Source: Candidatus Aminicenantes bacterium (lineage in GTDB: Bacteria; Acidobacteriota; Aminicenantia; Aminicenantales; Aminicenantaceae). Taken from it: a DNA stretch of 64,000 nucleotides. The DNA is taken from contig JAWLEN010000002.1 of assembly GCA_041686095.1 (NCBI GenBank), positions 8,143 to 72,142 of the forward strand, given 5' to 3'. How positions within the stretch are numbered: position 1 is the first letter of the stretch; the number at the start of each line of letters is the position of its first letter. Shown here piece after piece: positions 24,664 to 34,713 of this stretch. The position numbers and the translations under genes were made by a program. Under the pieces are notes generated by a model that saw only the letters and a program-made list of their open reading frames with translations, was not told the origin of the DNA and did no database searches.

Positions 24664-27474
24664 ATGAATAAAACAAAATTATTCATTATCTTTTCAATTT
24701 TATTTTTAGTGAATTCAGTTTTTTCAAGTGAGACCGGAGAGATCAAAGGCTATGTTCAAGACAAGGATGGGAGTGGACTTTCTAGAGTAGAAATTTCTAT
24801 TGAAGGAAAAAGCCTTCAGGGGATGAGAACAGTTTTTTCTTCTTCTGAAGGAGAATTCAGGTTTCCTCTCCTTCCTATTGGGGAATATACCTTGAGTTTT
24901 TATCGGGAAGGGTTTGCACCTCATGTTCAAGAAAATGTTATGGTTCGATTGGGGAGAGTCACAGATATAAGAGTGACCATGGAAGCCTCAAAATTGGAAG
25001 AAGAAGTCACAGTCACTGCATCGGCCCCTTTAATCGACAAGACTTCTGCTGATACCAGTTATTATTTAAACAGCATCAATCTTGAAAAATTACCAGGACA
25101 GAATAGAACTGTTGTGGATGCTGTTAAGTTCACTCCTGGTGCCACTGGAGTGAGAATGAATACTAGGAAAGGGACTTCAGATGAAGGGCAGCCCAGCTTT
25201 CGCGGAGAAGGACAGGAGGGAAACAATTGGATCGTGGACGGACTTTGTATCAGCGGAGTTAGGTTAAGAAACTCAGGGATCCGCCTTAATTTTGATTCTT
25301 TAGAAGAGATCCAGGTGATTTCTGATCCGTTTAGTCCGGAATATGGCTCGGCCTACGGGGGGATCATAAACATGGTGACCAAAACAGGAAGCAATGACCT
25401 GTCAGGGGAGTTCTCTCTTGTGTTTATGGATAAAAATCTTCAGTCCCAGCGTATGGATCAGCTTTCCGTGATCAGTCAGCCTGATTATTTCTCTGACTAC
25501 AATTGGTATTTCAATATGGGAGGGCCCATTATTAAAGATAAATTGTGGTTTTTTGTTTCTGACAATGTATTCACTGATTTTGCCCAAACCAGCGACGCCT
25601 CCATTGATTATTTATTTGTTCCCGGAGGAGAGAAAAAGACAAACGCAAATAGCTTGTTTGCTAAATTCACTTATGCTTTTAACTCCAGTCATAATCTTTC
25701 AGCCACAGCTGTGTATCAAAAAAGTCTAGGTCAAAAAGGGGGGATAGGAATTCCTGAACTATTTGAAAAAAAAGATTTCACTGATTATATACTGCGTATC
25801 AATTATAAAGGGATAATGAATTCCACTACTTTGGTGGAAGCTGGCTTGGGATATATAGACAGGGACCAACTGAATCGTCCTGTAGATGATGATTTAGGTC
25901 CCTCCATGTATTATATTCAAGACCTGGGACGGAATATCAACAATTCTTATGGAAGAGTTACCGATAATCAAAATAGAGTTGATTTCAGCTCGAAATTGAC
26001 AAAATACTTTGACACAGAGACTTTTGGTAACCATGAAATAAACATTGGATTTGAATATTATTATTTTTCATCTAAATTCAATGTTGATTTTACTGGGAAG
26101 GATGAAGATATTTTTCCTGGGAATGATTTTGAAAGTGGAACCAAGTATTATTTCAGTTCCTGGAGGGAAAACCAACGCACTCCTACATTTTTTTATGAAT
26201 ACGGAGTGTTTGATTTTATCAATTCTTCAAGAGGAATGGGGTTATATTTCAATGACAAGGTGACATGGGATAGGGTGTCTTTTATGGTTGGTGTCCGAAG
26301 CCAAACTCAGATGTGCTTGGATGACAAGGGAAAAGAATTGTTTTCTTGGGGGATCAGTGATTTTCTATCTCCCCGCTTGACTTTGGCTTTTGATATAACA
26401 GGAAACAGTAAAAATATCATCAAATTAGGATGGGGGAGATTCGCGGATGTCATAACCACTATGCCTCTGGGGCTTTTGAATTCAGGGGCGGGATTGACAT
26501 TCAGGACATACAGATGGCAGGGGATGATGAATCCAAATTCAGACGAGTTGCACAATCCCCTAAATTGGGTTTTTGAAAATGAGCAGAAGTCTCAGCCTTT
26601 TGAGATCGCATCCGGCATAAAGCCAAATTTTCTTAACCGCACCCTAGTGGAGTTTGACAGAAAGATTGGAAAGAATTGGGCTTTCACAGCTCGTTATGTA
26701 AGGTCAAAAGCAGATGATTTATTAGAGGTCTTGGCTGTTTTTGATCCAGAGGAACAGTATAAGTTTTTGTTTGATAATTTTGAGCATAAAAAAAGGGATT
26801 ATTCGGGATTGGAATTTGAGCTGAACGGAAGAATAGGTTCCAATTTTTTTCTTAATGCTTCTTACAGTCATTCTTCAGCAAAAGGAACCAATCCCGGCCA
26901 GTCAGAAACAGGTTCCTGGTCTCAGGAAGAGGGAAGCACCAATTATTTGGGTTTGTTTGGAAATCATATTTACATTCCTGATCTTCCCGGATTAGAAGAA
27001 ATCAAAGTTTATTATGACTGGGCTTTAGGCGGTTTGGGAGGAAGAGGCATAGGGGATGAGGGTTGGTATGGAAAGCTTCCTTATTCTGTTGACCATAACT
27101 TCAAGCTTTTGATGGTCTTTATGGCTCCTTATGGAATCAATGTGTCCACAGCTTTTGAATGGATCTCGGGTTATTACTGGGAAAAATTAGGTTATGTTCC
27201 TTATTTTGGAGGATATTATTCATTTCCTGAGACCAGAGGCACCCGAAAAACACCGGCTCATCATTACTTAGATTTGGGAATAGAAAAGGAGATTGACTTC
27301 AGAAATTTAGCTCTTTCTCTTCCAATCTCTTCTGTATTAAGATTGGATGTTTTGAATGTATTGAACAGTCAGTCTCCCTTGTCCTATGTGAAGGAAGACA
27401 TCTCCATCTTTGGTGAGATTTGGGGAAGGCAGCAGCCCCGTCAAGCAAGAGTTACCTTTAAAATCAAGTGGTAA
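24664..27474 (+). CDS. large outer-membrane TonB-dependent-receptor-like protein with N-terminal carboxypeptidase-regulatory-like domain
   Basis: 936 aa. Signal peptide, then CarboxypepD_reg-like GEIKGYVQDKDGSGLSRVEISIEG...EGEFRFPLLPIGEYTLSF. A plug-like region and long beta-rich barrel follow, ending in an aromatic residue (KIKW). Confidence 0.7.
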   Translation: MNKTKLFIIFSILFLVNSVFSSETGEIKGYVQDKDGSGLSRVEISIEGKSLQGMRTVFSSSEGEFRFPLLPIGEYTLSFYREGFAPHVQENVMVRLGRVTDIRVTMEASKLEEEVTVTASAPLIDKTSADTSYYLNSINLEKLPGQNRTVVDAVKFTPGATGVRMNTRKGTSDEGQPSFRGEGQEGNNWIVDGLCISGVRLRNSGIRLNFDSLEEIQVISDPFSPEYGSAYGGIINMVTKTGSNDLSGEFSLVFMDKNLQSQRMDQLSVISQPDYFSDYNWYFNMGGPIIKDKLWFFVSDNVFTDFAQTSDASIDYLFVPGGEKKTNANSLFAKFTYAFNSSHNLSATAVYQKSLGQKGGIGIPELFEKKDFTDYILRINYKGIMNSTTLVEAGLGYIDRDQLNRPVDDDLGPSMYYIQDLGRNINNSYGRVTDNQNRVDFSSKLTKYFDTETFGNHEINIGFEYYYFSSKFNVDFTGKDEDIFPGNDFESGTKYYFSSWRENQRTPTFFYEYGVFDFINSSRGMGLYFNDKVTWDRVSFMVGVRSQTQMCLDDKGKELFSWGISDFLSPRLTLAFDITGNSKNIIKLGWGRFADVITTMPLGLLNSGAGLTFRTYRWQGMMNPNSDELHNPLNWVFENEQKSQPFEIASGIKPNFLNRTLVEFDRKIGKNWAFTARYVRSKADDLLEVLAVFDPEEQYKFLFDNFEHKKRDYSGLEFELNGRIGSNFFLNASYSHSSAKGTNPGQSETGSWSQEEGSTNYLGLFGNHIYIPDLPGLEEIKVYYDWALGGLGGRGIGDEGWYGKLPYSVDHNFKLLMVFMAPYGINVSTAFEWISGYYWEKLGYVPYFGGYYSFPETRGTRKTPAHHYLDLGIEKEIDFRNLALSLPISSVLRLDVLNVLNSQSPLSYVKEDISIFGEIWGRQQPRQARVTFKIKW

Positions 27475-27482
27475 ATGTCCGC

Positions 27483-29843
27483 TTACACTTTAGCCTGTTC
27501 TGTTCTGGAGATTATTTCATTCTGAAGTTCTTCATTTAAGTCACAGAAATAATCGCTGTACCCAGCCACTCTGACAATCAAATTTTTGTATTCTTCGGGA
27601 TTTATTTGAGCTCTGCGAAGTGTGTCAGCAGACACCACATTGATCTGAATGTGATGGGCGTCCATGCTGAAATAGGAACGGATCAGCTGCATCAGTTTGT
27701 CTATTCCTTCATCATCGAAAAGCTGGGGATTAAACTTTTGATTGAGTAGAGTTCCTCCTGTTTTTGCATGGTCGATTTTAGAGGCTGATTTCAGCACAGC
27801 AGTGGGGCCTTGAATGTCAGCTCCTTGAGTGGGAGATATGCCTTCTGAAAGAGGAGCCGAAGCTTTTCTCCCATTAGGGGTGGCTCCAGTGACTCTCCCA
27901 AAATATATATGAACTGTAGTGGGCAGGAGGTTAATCCTGTACTGCCCTCCTTTTGTATTGGGTCTTCCATTAACTGCCTGATAATAGATGTCAAAAATAA
28001 TTTTTAAATTTTCATCAGCATAGTCATCATCATTTCCGTATTTGGGAGTTTTATTTATTAATCTCTGCCTAAGATTTTCTTGTTGTTTAAAGTTATTTCT
28101 CAGTGCTTGAAGGAGTTTTTTCATAGAGATAATTTTTTTATCAAAAACATTGTATTTAAGCGAGGTCATGCAGTCGGTCATGGTTCCAAGTCCCACTCCC
28201 TGAATATAGGTTGTGTTATACCTGGCTCCTCCTTCATGATAATCTTTCCCGTTTTTTATGCAGTCGCTGATGAGAATAGAAAGAAAGGGCGCTGGAATGT
28301 ATTCTGCGTAAAGCCTTTCTATGATATTATTGCCTTCTATTTTTATGTCTATAAAATGTTTCAACTGCTTTCCGAAGGCGTTGACTAGTTCCTGAAAGTC
28401 TGTAAAATCCGATGGGTCTCCGGTTTCAAGCCCGATTTTTTTCCCAGTTCTTGGATCAAAGCCATTATTCAATGTGATTTCAAGAACTTTAGGCATATTA
28501 AAATAGCCTGTGAGGGTGTAATTTTCCTTTCCAAAGGCCCCAGTCTCCACACATCCACTGGCGCCTCCGTCTCTAGCATCTTCTATTGATTTCCCCTGTC
28601 TCAAGAGTTCCTGTATGATGACATCTGTGTTGAATACAGAAGGCTGGCCAAAACCTGTTTTTATGATTTTTAGAGCTTTGTTAAGAAAGCTGTCAGGACC
28701 TTTTTTGCTTATCTGGACCATTGAGCTTGGCTGGAGGATCCGCATCTCTTCGATAACATCCAGAATAAGGTATGACAGTTCGTTCACTCCATCTGTTCCA
28801 TCAGTTTTAACTCCTCCAATATTGATAAGAGCAAAATCAGTATAGGTTCCACTTTCTTCGGCGGTCACTCCTACTTTGGGAGGAGCGGGTTGATTGTTGA
28901 ATTTGATCCAGAAAGCTTCCAAAAGTTCTTTGGCGTCTTCTTTTGTCAGAGATTTTTCATCTATTTGTTTTTTATAAAAGGGATAAAGATGCTGGTCTAA
29001 TCTCCCTGGATTAAAAGAATCCCATCCGTTCAATTCAGTTATCACTCCCAAGTGAACAAACCAGTAATGCTGCAGGGCTTCCCAGAAATTACGAGGAGCA
29101 TGGGCAGGGACATGAGAGCAGATTTCAGAAATCTTTTGGAGCTCCTTTTTTCTCTGCTTGTCGGTCTCTTTTTTGGCCATTTTTTTTGCTTTTTCCGAAT
29201 AACGTTTTGCAAGGATCATTAGCCCATCTGCTGCAATGGCCATGGCTCTAAGTTCTTGTTTTTTATAAAACGCTTCAGGGTCATTTAACAAATCAAGCTG
29301 ACCCAAGCTTTTCTGGATGTCATTCTTAAAGTCAACAAATCCTTTTTTATAGATTTTATCATCTAAAACCGTATGTCCGGGTGCACGTTGTTCCATGAAC
29401 TCAGTGAATACCCCTGCCTCATAAGCGTCTTTCCATTGTTCAGAAACCTCATTGAATATTCTCTCTCTTATAGACTGACCTCTCCAGAAAGGAATGATTT
29501 CTTTTTTATACAAGGTCTTCACTTCTGGACTCACTGAATAGGAAGTTTTTTTTCTTGAATTCAGGATATCAAGGTCTTTTAAACTGTGTGTGTTTATTTC
29601 CGGATAAGTGGGGGTGGCTCTTGGAGAGGGACCTCTTTCTCCGACTATAAGCTCTCCTTCATTAATATTTATTTTTTTGTTTTCCAAGATGTACTTAAAA
29701 GCAAGGGCTCTTTTAACAGGAATGGAAACTTTTTTGGCTTTAGGGCTTTTATAGAATTGGGTCAGAAGTAGGGCCCTCTCTGTGGATATAAATGGTTTTG
29801 TGTTGACACTTTGTTCTCTGAGTTTTTTTATTCTGTTGTTCAT
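27483..29843 (-). CDS. glycyl-radical enzyme, PFL2/glycerol-dehydratase-type (substrate unknown)
   Basis: 786 aa. Glycyl radical motif VRVAGYSDYF near the C-terminus. Single-Cys thiyl loop GGASGCVETG (Cys-x-Glu, dehydratase/lyase type, not the PflB CC pair). Confidence 0.9.
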   Translation of the reverse strand: MNNRIKKLREQSVNTKPFISTERALLLTQFYKSPKAKKVSIPVKRALAFKYILENKKININEGELIVGERGPSPRATPTYPEINTHSLKDLDILNSRKKTSYSVSPEVKTLYKKEIIPFWRGQSIRERIFNEVSEQWKDAYEAGVFTEFMEQRAPGHTVLDDKIYKKGFVDFKNDIQKSLGQLDLLNDPEAFYKKQELRAMAIAADGLMILAKRYSEKAKKMAKKETDKQRKKELQKISEICSHVPAHAPRNFWEALQHYWFVHLGVITELNGWDSFNPGRLDQHLYPFYKKQIDEKSLTKEDAKELLEAFWIKFNNQPAPPKVGVTAEESGTYTDFALINIGGVKTDGTDGVNELSYLILDVIEEMRILQPSSMVQISKKGPDSFLNKALKIIKTGFGQPSVFNTDVIIQELLRQGKSIEDARDGGASGCVETGAFGKENYTLTGYFNMPKVLEITLNNGFDPRTGKKIGLETGDPSDFTDFQELVNAFGKQLKHFIDIKIEGNNIIERLYAEYIPAPFLSILISDCIKNGKDYHEGGARYNTTYIQGVGLGTMTDCMTSLKYNVFDKKIISMKKLLQALRNNFKQQENLRQRLINKTPKYGNDDDYADENLKIIFDIYYQAVNGRPNTKGGQYRINLLPTTVHIYFGRVTGATPNGRKASAPLSEGISPTQGADIQGPTAVLKSASKIDHAKTGGTLLNQKFNPQLFDDEGIDKLMQLIRSYFSMDAHHIQINVVSADTLRRAQINPEEYKNLIVRVAGYSDYFCDLNEELQNEIISRTEQAKV

Positions 29844-29844
29844 T

Positions 29845-30744
29845 TCATCCCCCGATTTTCACAGAAAAACCGAATTTTTCATATATTTTCTGTAAATTTT
29901 TTATTTTAATTTCTGGAACAGGCTGTATATTTTTTGTTTTTCTTTTTAGATTGAGATATTTTTGATTTCCAGCTTTATGATAGGGAAGAAGGTTTATAAT
30001 ATTGATTCCCGGTATGCTTCTTAAAAAACGGGCTGTTTTTTGGGCGTTTTCATTAGAATCATTGACCTCAGGGATCAAGGGAATCCTGATGTTAATTTTT
30101 TTACCTGATTTCCCCAGTTTTTTTAAGTTGTCGAGTATTAATTGATTGCTGGCACCCGTTGTTTCGATGTGCTTTTCTTCATCCATCATTTTCAGGTCAT
30201 AAAGAAAAAGGTCGACTTTATCCATAATTTTTTCAAAATTTTCAAAGGATGTGTATCCGCAGGTATCAACCACAGTGTGTATGTCTTGACGGCAACATCT
30301 TTCCAGCGCAGAGTCTAGGAATTCAACCTGCACTAAAGGCTCTCCTCCTGAAAAAGTGACTCCTCCCTTTGAGTTTTTATAAAAGATTTGGTCTTTTTCG
30401 ATTTCTTTCAATAATTCATCCGCACTTATTCGACGTCCTATGACTTTTAAAGCTGTGGTGGGGCAAGCTTCAGCGCATTCACCCGATAATTTGCATTTAT
30501 TTTTATTGATGGCAATCCCTGTGTTATCCTTGGTTATAGCCTGGTAAGGGCAGGCAGCTATACAGTCAGTGCAGTCATCAAGGCATTTTTCCGGATTATA
30601 AAATATTTCTTTTTCCAAAGACTGACCTTCTGGATTATGACACCACCAGCAGTGTAAGGGACATCCTTTTAAAAAAACAGTGGTGCGTATGCCCGGCCCA
30701 TCATGGATGGCATATTTTTTGATATCGAAAATAATTCCCTTCAT
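29845..30744 (-). CDS. glycyl-radical enzyme activating enzyme (radical SAM)
   Basis: N-terminal CPLHCWWCHNPE (CxxxCxxC), a ferredoxin-like insert with two further Cys clusters (CTDCIAACP, CKLSGECAEACP), and GVTFSGGEP. Ends 1 nt before the GRE start. Confidence 0.9.
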   Translation of the reverse strand: MKGIIFDIKKYAIHDGPGIRTTVFLKGCPLHCWWCHNPEGQSLEKEIFYNPEKCLDDCTDCIAACPYQAITKDNTGIAINKNKCKLSGECAEACPTTALKVIGRRISADELLKEIEKDQIFYKNSKGGVTFSGGEPLVQVEFLDSALERCCRQDIHTVVDTCGYTSFENFEKIMDKVDLFLYDLKMMDEEKHIETTGASNQLILDNLKKLGKSGKKINIRIPLIPEVNDSNENAQKTARFLRSIPGINIINLLPYHKAGNQKYLNLKRKTKNIQPVPEIKIKNLQKIYEKFGFSVKIGG

Positions 30745-30938
30745 TATTTATGCCCTAAATATTTAATATCAGGAAGCTGTTTTCAAGACATTTTTATCTA
30801 AACATCTGTTATGTAATATATCACATATCAGAAAAAGGGTCAATTTAAAAAAACTTAGACTTCCCTTTGACAATAAATTTCTTCATGTGATATATAGACA
30901 GAAATAACATAAATGAAATATTTGACAGGAGAGATAAA

Positions 30939-31139
30939 ATGACGACTAAAGAAGAGACCTGCGAACAGCTTATCGAAAGTCTTGAAGATGCCATAGAGAG
31001 CCTGGAAAGAGGGAGGGATGAATGCACTCTCGAGGATTGGGATATATTTTCTCCTGAAGACTTAGAGGAGATTATTGAACAGTTAAGAGAGATCGTAGTA
31101 AAACTGGAACAGCAGCTGTCATCTTTTGAGGAAACTTAA
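30939..31139 (+). CDS. small acidic helical protein, unknown function
   Basis: 66 aa, E/D-rich. Good RBS (AGGAGA 7 nt upstream of the ATG). Its stop codon lies inside the first bases of the 108-bp repeat. Coding status uncertain. Confidence 0.4.
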   Translation: MTTKEETCEQLIESLEDAIESLERGRDECTLEDWDIFSPEDLEEIIEQLREIVVKLEQQLSSFEET

Positions 31140-31245
31140 CAGGAAAATAGTTCCAATCGTCATTTTTGAAAAAAACCTTGTATATCGCTGAAAATAAATT
31201 GATAATAAAAACATCGCCATTTTTTTATGAATAGGTCAGGTTAAT
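31138..31245 (+). repeat. AT-rich 108-bp repeat, left copy of an inverted pair
   Basis: AACAGGAAAATAGTTCCAATCGTCATTTTTGAAAAAAACCTTGTATATCGCTGAAAATAAATTGATAATAAAAACATCGCCATTTTTTTATGAATAGGTCAGGTTAAT. It differs from the reverse complement of 35748-35854 by one A indel and one substitution (hand alignment). Confidence 0.9.
31178..31206 (+). promoter_or_regulatory. promoter-like sequence inside the repeat, facing the histidine kinase gene
   Basis: TTGTAT (31178-31183), 17 nt, GATAAT (31201-31206), about 80 nt upstream of ATG 31285. Confidence 0.35.
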
Positions 31246-31284
31246 CATATTTCACCTCCTAAATGAAAATACCAAAGGAAACAA

Positions 31285-33261
31285 ATGAAAAAGAAAAAAA
31301 GCCACAAAGTATTTATCCCCGAAGACGCGGAAGAACTAAAGAGTAAAGTCGCTGATTTGGAGAGATTAAAGAAAAAGCAGGAATCAATATATAAAATTTC
31401 TGAAGCTGTTCATTCGGCAAAAAGCCTGGGGGAGCTTTACAGAAAAATCCATGAGATCATAGCTAAATTAATGCCAGCCAAAGATAATTTTTACATTGCT
31501 CTTTATGATAAAGAGGCTGGGTCATTAAGTTTTCCTTATTTTGTAGATCAAGAGGAAAAACCTCCTTCCCCTCAGAAATTAGGGAGAGGATTGACGGAAT
31601 ATGTATTAAGAACAGGGAAAGCACTTCTGGCTCCCCAGCCTGTGTTTGAAGAACTGGAAAAAAAGGGAGAAGTTGTTTCGGTTGGTCCTCCTTCTGAGGA
31701 CTGGCTTGGGATTCCTCTTAAGATAAAAAATAATACAATTGGAGTGCTGGTGGTTCAGAGTTATAAAAAGGGATTTAGGTACACAGAAGAGGATAAAGAT
31801 ATTCTTAATTTTGTTTCTGAGCAGGTCGCTACAGCAGTAAGCAGAAAAAAAGCTGAAGAAGAACTTTCAGAGAGGAATGCACTTTTCCGACTGGTAGTGA
31901 ATAACTCTCCCTCGGGTATATTCACCATAGATGATCATTTTAAACTAACTTATTTGAATGAAAGGACTGCGGAGATTGTTGGATATAAAAAGGAAAAGGT
32001 CGTTGGAAAGGATTTCAGATTTTTTTTAGATCAAGGATCAAAAAGATTAGTCACAGAAAGATACCAAAAAAGGCAGAGGGGAGAGGAGGTGCCTCCCCGA
32101 TACGAATTCAAGGTGATAAGGAAAGATGGGAAAAAAAGAATAGTGGAGGTGGTTTCTGGTGTATTTAAGACTTATTCAGGACAAGTACAGACTGTTGTCC
32201 ACATCAGGGATATCACTGAGCACAGAAATATGGAGCAGAAGCTGAAAGAGTCTGAGGCAAGATATAAAAATCTGGTTGAAAAAGCACGAATAGCTATATT
32301 GATCGATGATAAAGATGGAAATTTTAAATATTTTAATGACCGGCTGTGTGAGATATTTGGGTATCAAAGAAAAGAACTTGAGAAGGAGAATATACTGACT
32401 TTAGTTCATCCAGATGACCGGGAAAAAGTCATAAATCTGCACAAGAGTAGAGTGGCTGGTAAAAAAGTCAAAGGCAGTTATGAGTTTAAGGGAATAAAAA
32501 AAGACGGGGCCACAATTTTTGGTGAAGTAGATGCCATGGTATTGAAAAAGGAGGGCCAAATCATTGGAACCCGCTCTTATATCCGGGATATCACAGAAAG
32601 CAAAAAAGATAAACAGAGAATTGAACGTTCCCTGGGAGAAAAAGAGGTTCTTTTACGCGAGATCCATCATAGAGTGAAAAACAATATGCAGGTGATCTCG
32701 AGCCTGCTGACCCTTCAATCAAAGGATATTGAGGAGGAGAGGGTTCTGAATATATTCAAAGAAAGCCGCCGAAGAATTAAGACTATGGCTATGGTTCATG
32801 AGAAATTATATGGATCTGAAGACCTCTCCAAAGTTGATTTTTCAAAATACATAAGCAGCTTGACTCAGTATCTTTTTCAGTCTTTTGGGATTGATCCTGA
32901 GAAAATTATTTTAAAAAAAGATATGGAGGAAATATTTTTTGATATAAATACAGCTATTCCCTTGGGGCTTTTGGTGAATGAATTGATATCCAATTCTTTA
33001 AAACACGGATTTCCAGAGAATCGAGAAGGAGAGGTCAGGATATCTATGGCTCGAACAGATAAAAATAAAATAAAGCTTGAAGTCAGTGATAATGGAGTGG
33101 GAGTTAAAAATGAGCTCATGTTAAATAAACCCAGCTCTTTTGGGCTGCAGTTAGTCAAGATGCTTACAGAGCAGCTTCACGGAGACATGAAAGTCGAAAT
33201 GAACGAGAAAACCTCTTTTATTATCACATTTAAAGAATTAGAATATTCTTCAAAAATATAA
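31285..33261 (+). CDS. GAF-PAS-PAS sensor histidine kinase (HisKA_2 type)
   Basis: N-terminal GAF-like region, two PAS-like repeats (...IRDITEHRNME..., ...IRDITESKKD...), phospho-acceptor HHRVKNNMQVISSLLTLQS, HATPase_c (NELISNSLKHGF, DNGVG, FGLQLV). Confidence 0.8.
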   Translation: MKKKKSHKVFIPEDAEELKSKVADLERLKKKQESIYKISEAVHSAKSLGELYRKIHEIIAKLMPAKDNFYIALYDKEAGSLSFPYFVDQEEKPPSPQKLGRGLTEYVLRTGKALLAPQPVFEELEKKGEVVSVGPPSEDWLGIPLKIKNNTIGVLVVQSYKKGFRYTEEDKDILNFVSEQVATAVSRKKAEEELSERNALFRLVVNNSPSGIFTIDDHFKLTYLNERTAEIVGYKKEKVVGKDFRFFLDQGSKRLVTERYQKRQRGEEVPPRYEFKVIRKDGKKRIVEVVSGVFKTYSGQVQTVVHIRDITEHRNMEQKLKESEARYKNLVEKARIAILIDDKDGNFKYFNDRLCEIFGYQRKELEKENILTLVHPDDREKVINLHKSRVAGKKVKGSYEFKGIKKDGATIFGEVDAMVLKKEGQIIGTRSYIRDITESKKDKQRIERSLGEKEVLLREIHHRVKNNMQVISSLLTLQSKDIEEERVLNIFKESRRRIKTMAMVHEKLYGSEDLSKVDFSKYISSLTQYLFQSFGIDPEKIILKKDMEEIFFDINTAIPLGLLVNELISNSLKHGFPENREGEVRISMARTDKNKIKLEVSDNGVGVKNELMLNKPSSFGLQLVKMLTEQLHGDMKVEMNEKTSFIITFKELEYSSKI

Positions 33262-33374
33262 GATTTTCGGTCACTCCTTTTTTTTCTTCAAGCAAGTCAG
33301 ACTCAAAGGTTTTATTTTACAAATGTTTTGACTGTGATAAAATGTTGACTCTATCTTTTTATTAAAAATTTTTC

Positions 33375-33386
33375 TGGATTATTCAG
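33375..33386 (-). repeat. instance of the TGGATTATTCA motif abutting a start codon
   Basis: CTGGATTATTCAGAAT immediately precedes ATG 33390 of the MinD-like gene. It shares the 11-mer TGGATTATTCA with 21063-21073. Confidence 0.5.
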
Positions 33387-33389
33387 AAT

Positions 33390-34352
33390 ATGGGCACAGA
33401 AAAAGCAAAAACAAATCCGGTCATATCTGTTCGGCAGGACTCACAGAGAACCATATGGGCTGTAGGAGGTGGAAAAGGGGGAACGGGAAAAAGTTTTGTG
33501 AGCGCCAATCTGGCCGTATGCCTTTCAAAAAGAAATAAAGAGGTTACATTGATTGATGCTGATTTAGGAGGGGCCAATCTTCATACTTTTCTTGGGTTGA
33601 AGAAAAGTGATTTAGATATAGGAGATTTTTTTACTAAAAAGGTGCCCACCCTTAAGGAGGTGGCTGTCCCCACTCCTTTTAATAAGTTAAGCCTGGTTAA
33701 AGGTTCTGATAATCTGCTTTTCACAGCTAATTTGAATTATTTTAAAAAATTGAAGTTAATAAGACATATAAAGACGTTTGACTCTGATGTCATCATTATC
33801 GATATTGGTACAGGTTCGAATTATAATTCAATAGACTTTTTTCTTCTTTCAAGCCCGGGAGTCTTGGTTATCAACCCAGAACCCACATCTATTGAGAATG
33901 CTTATTACTTTTTAAAGTCATGTATTATAAGGCTGCTGAAATTGTACATTGACCATTATCAGATCCAGGACTTGATTAAAAAAGTGACTGAGCAGATAAA
34001 GGAAAATTCTAGGTCGGTGTATAGTTTTCTTAGTGAGGTTATCTCTCAAGATAAGTATTATGCAGACCTGCTGTATCGGGCCCTGAAAAAATTCAAACCA
34101 AGCCTTATCATTAATAAGGCAAGACATGAAAAAGATTTTATGCTTGGAGAGTCCATTTCTAATGTAGTTCAAAAAATTCTGGTGATAGACTTAGATTATC
34201 TGGGAGCTATCCCATTTAATGAGATGGTTCATGATAGTGTAAAAAATTTAACTCCCTTTATTAATGAATATCAAGATTCGGATGTTGGAAAAGCCTTAGT
34301 TTCCATTGCTTCTAAACTCATTGAGAAAGATAAAGATGAAAGAAAGAGATAG
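33390..34352 (+). CDS. MinD/ParA-family P-loop ATPase
   Basis: Deviant Walker A VGGGKGGTGKSFVSANLA, Walker B-like VIIIDIG, C-terminal YLGAIPFNEMVHDSVKNLTPF typical of the MinD/FlhG clade. Confidence 0.75.
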   Translation: MGTEKAKTNPVISVRQDSQRTIWAVGGGKGGTGKSFVSANLAVCLSKRNKEVTLIDADLGGANLHTFLGLKKSDLDIGDFFTKKVPTLKEVAVPTPFNKLSLVKGSDNLLFTANLNYFKKLKLIRHIKTFDSDVIIIDIGTGSNYNSIDFFLLSSPGVLVINPEPTSIENAYYFLKSCIIRLLKLYIDHYQIQDLIKKVTEQIKENSRSVYSFLSEVISQDKYYADLLYRALKKFKPSLIINKARHEKDFMLGESISNVVQKILVIDLDYLGAIPFNEMVHDSVKNLTPFINEYQDSDVGKALVSIASKLIEKDKDERKR

Positions 34353-34713
34353 TGTGGATCTCTATAAAATCATGAATGTTAGCCAGAGTGCTTCCCAGCA
34401 GGATATAGAGAGGGCTTATAAAATAGCTCAAAGTTCTTATAAAAAAAATTCGTTGGCTCATTACACTCTGATGGATGAAGATCAGAGAAAAAAAATTCTA
34501 GAAAGGATTGAGAAGGCTTATAGAATTCTTAGTGATCCAGGGAAAAGAAGAGAGTATGACTGGAGTAAATCCAAAAATAAATCTGAAGTTTATCATAATG
34601 CCTATTTTAGGAGCACTACAGAAAAATTGTTCATTGAGGATGGAGACAGAACCCTTGTCAAAGTTATGAAAAATATAAGAAAGATTTTTTCTTCAGGAAG
34701 TCAAAAAAAGTGA
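34336..34713 (+). CDS. J-like domain protein lacking the HPD tripeptide
   Basis: DLYKIMNVSQSASQQDIERAYKIAQSSYKKNS...ILERIEKAYRILSDPGKRREYD follows the J-domain helix I-III pattern, but the HPD position reads KKNSLAH. Overlaps the 3' end of the ATPase gene. ATG 34336 preferred over 34306. Confidence 0.6.
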   Translation: MKERDSVDLYKIMNVSQSASQQDIERAYKIAQSSYKKNSLAHYTLMDEDQRKKILERIEKAYRILSDPGKRREYDWSKSKNKSEVYHNAYFRSTTEKLFIEDGDRTLVKVMKNIRKIFSSGSQKK

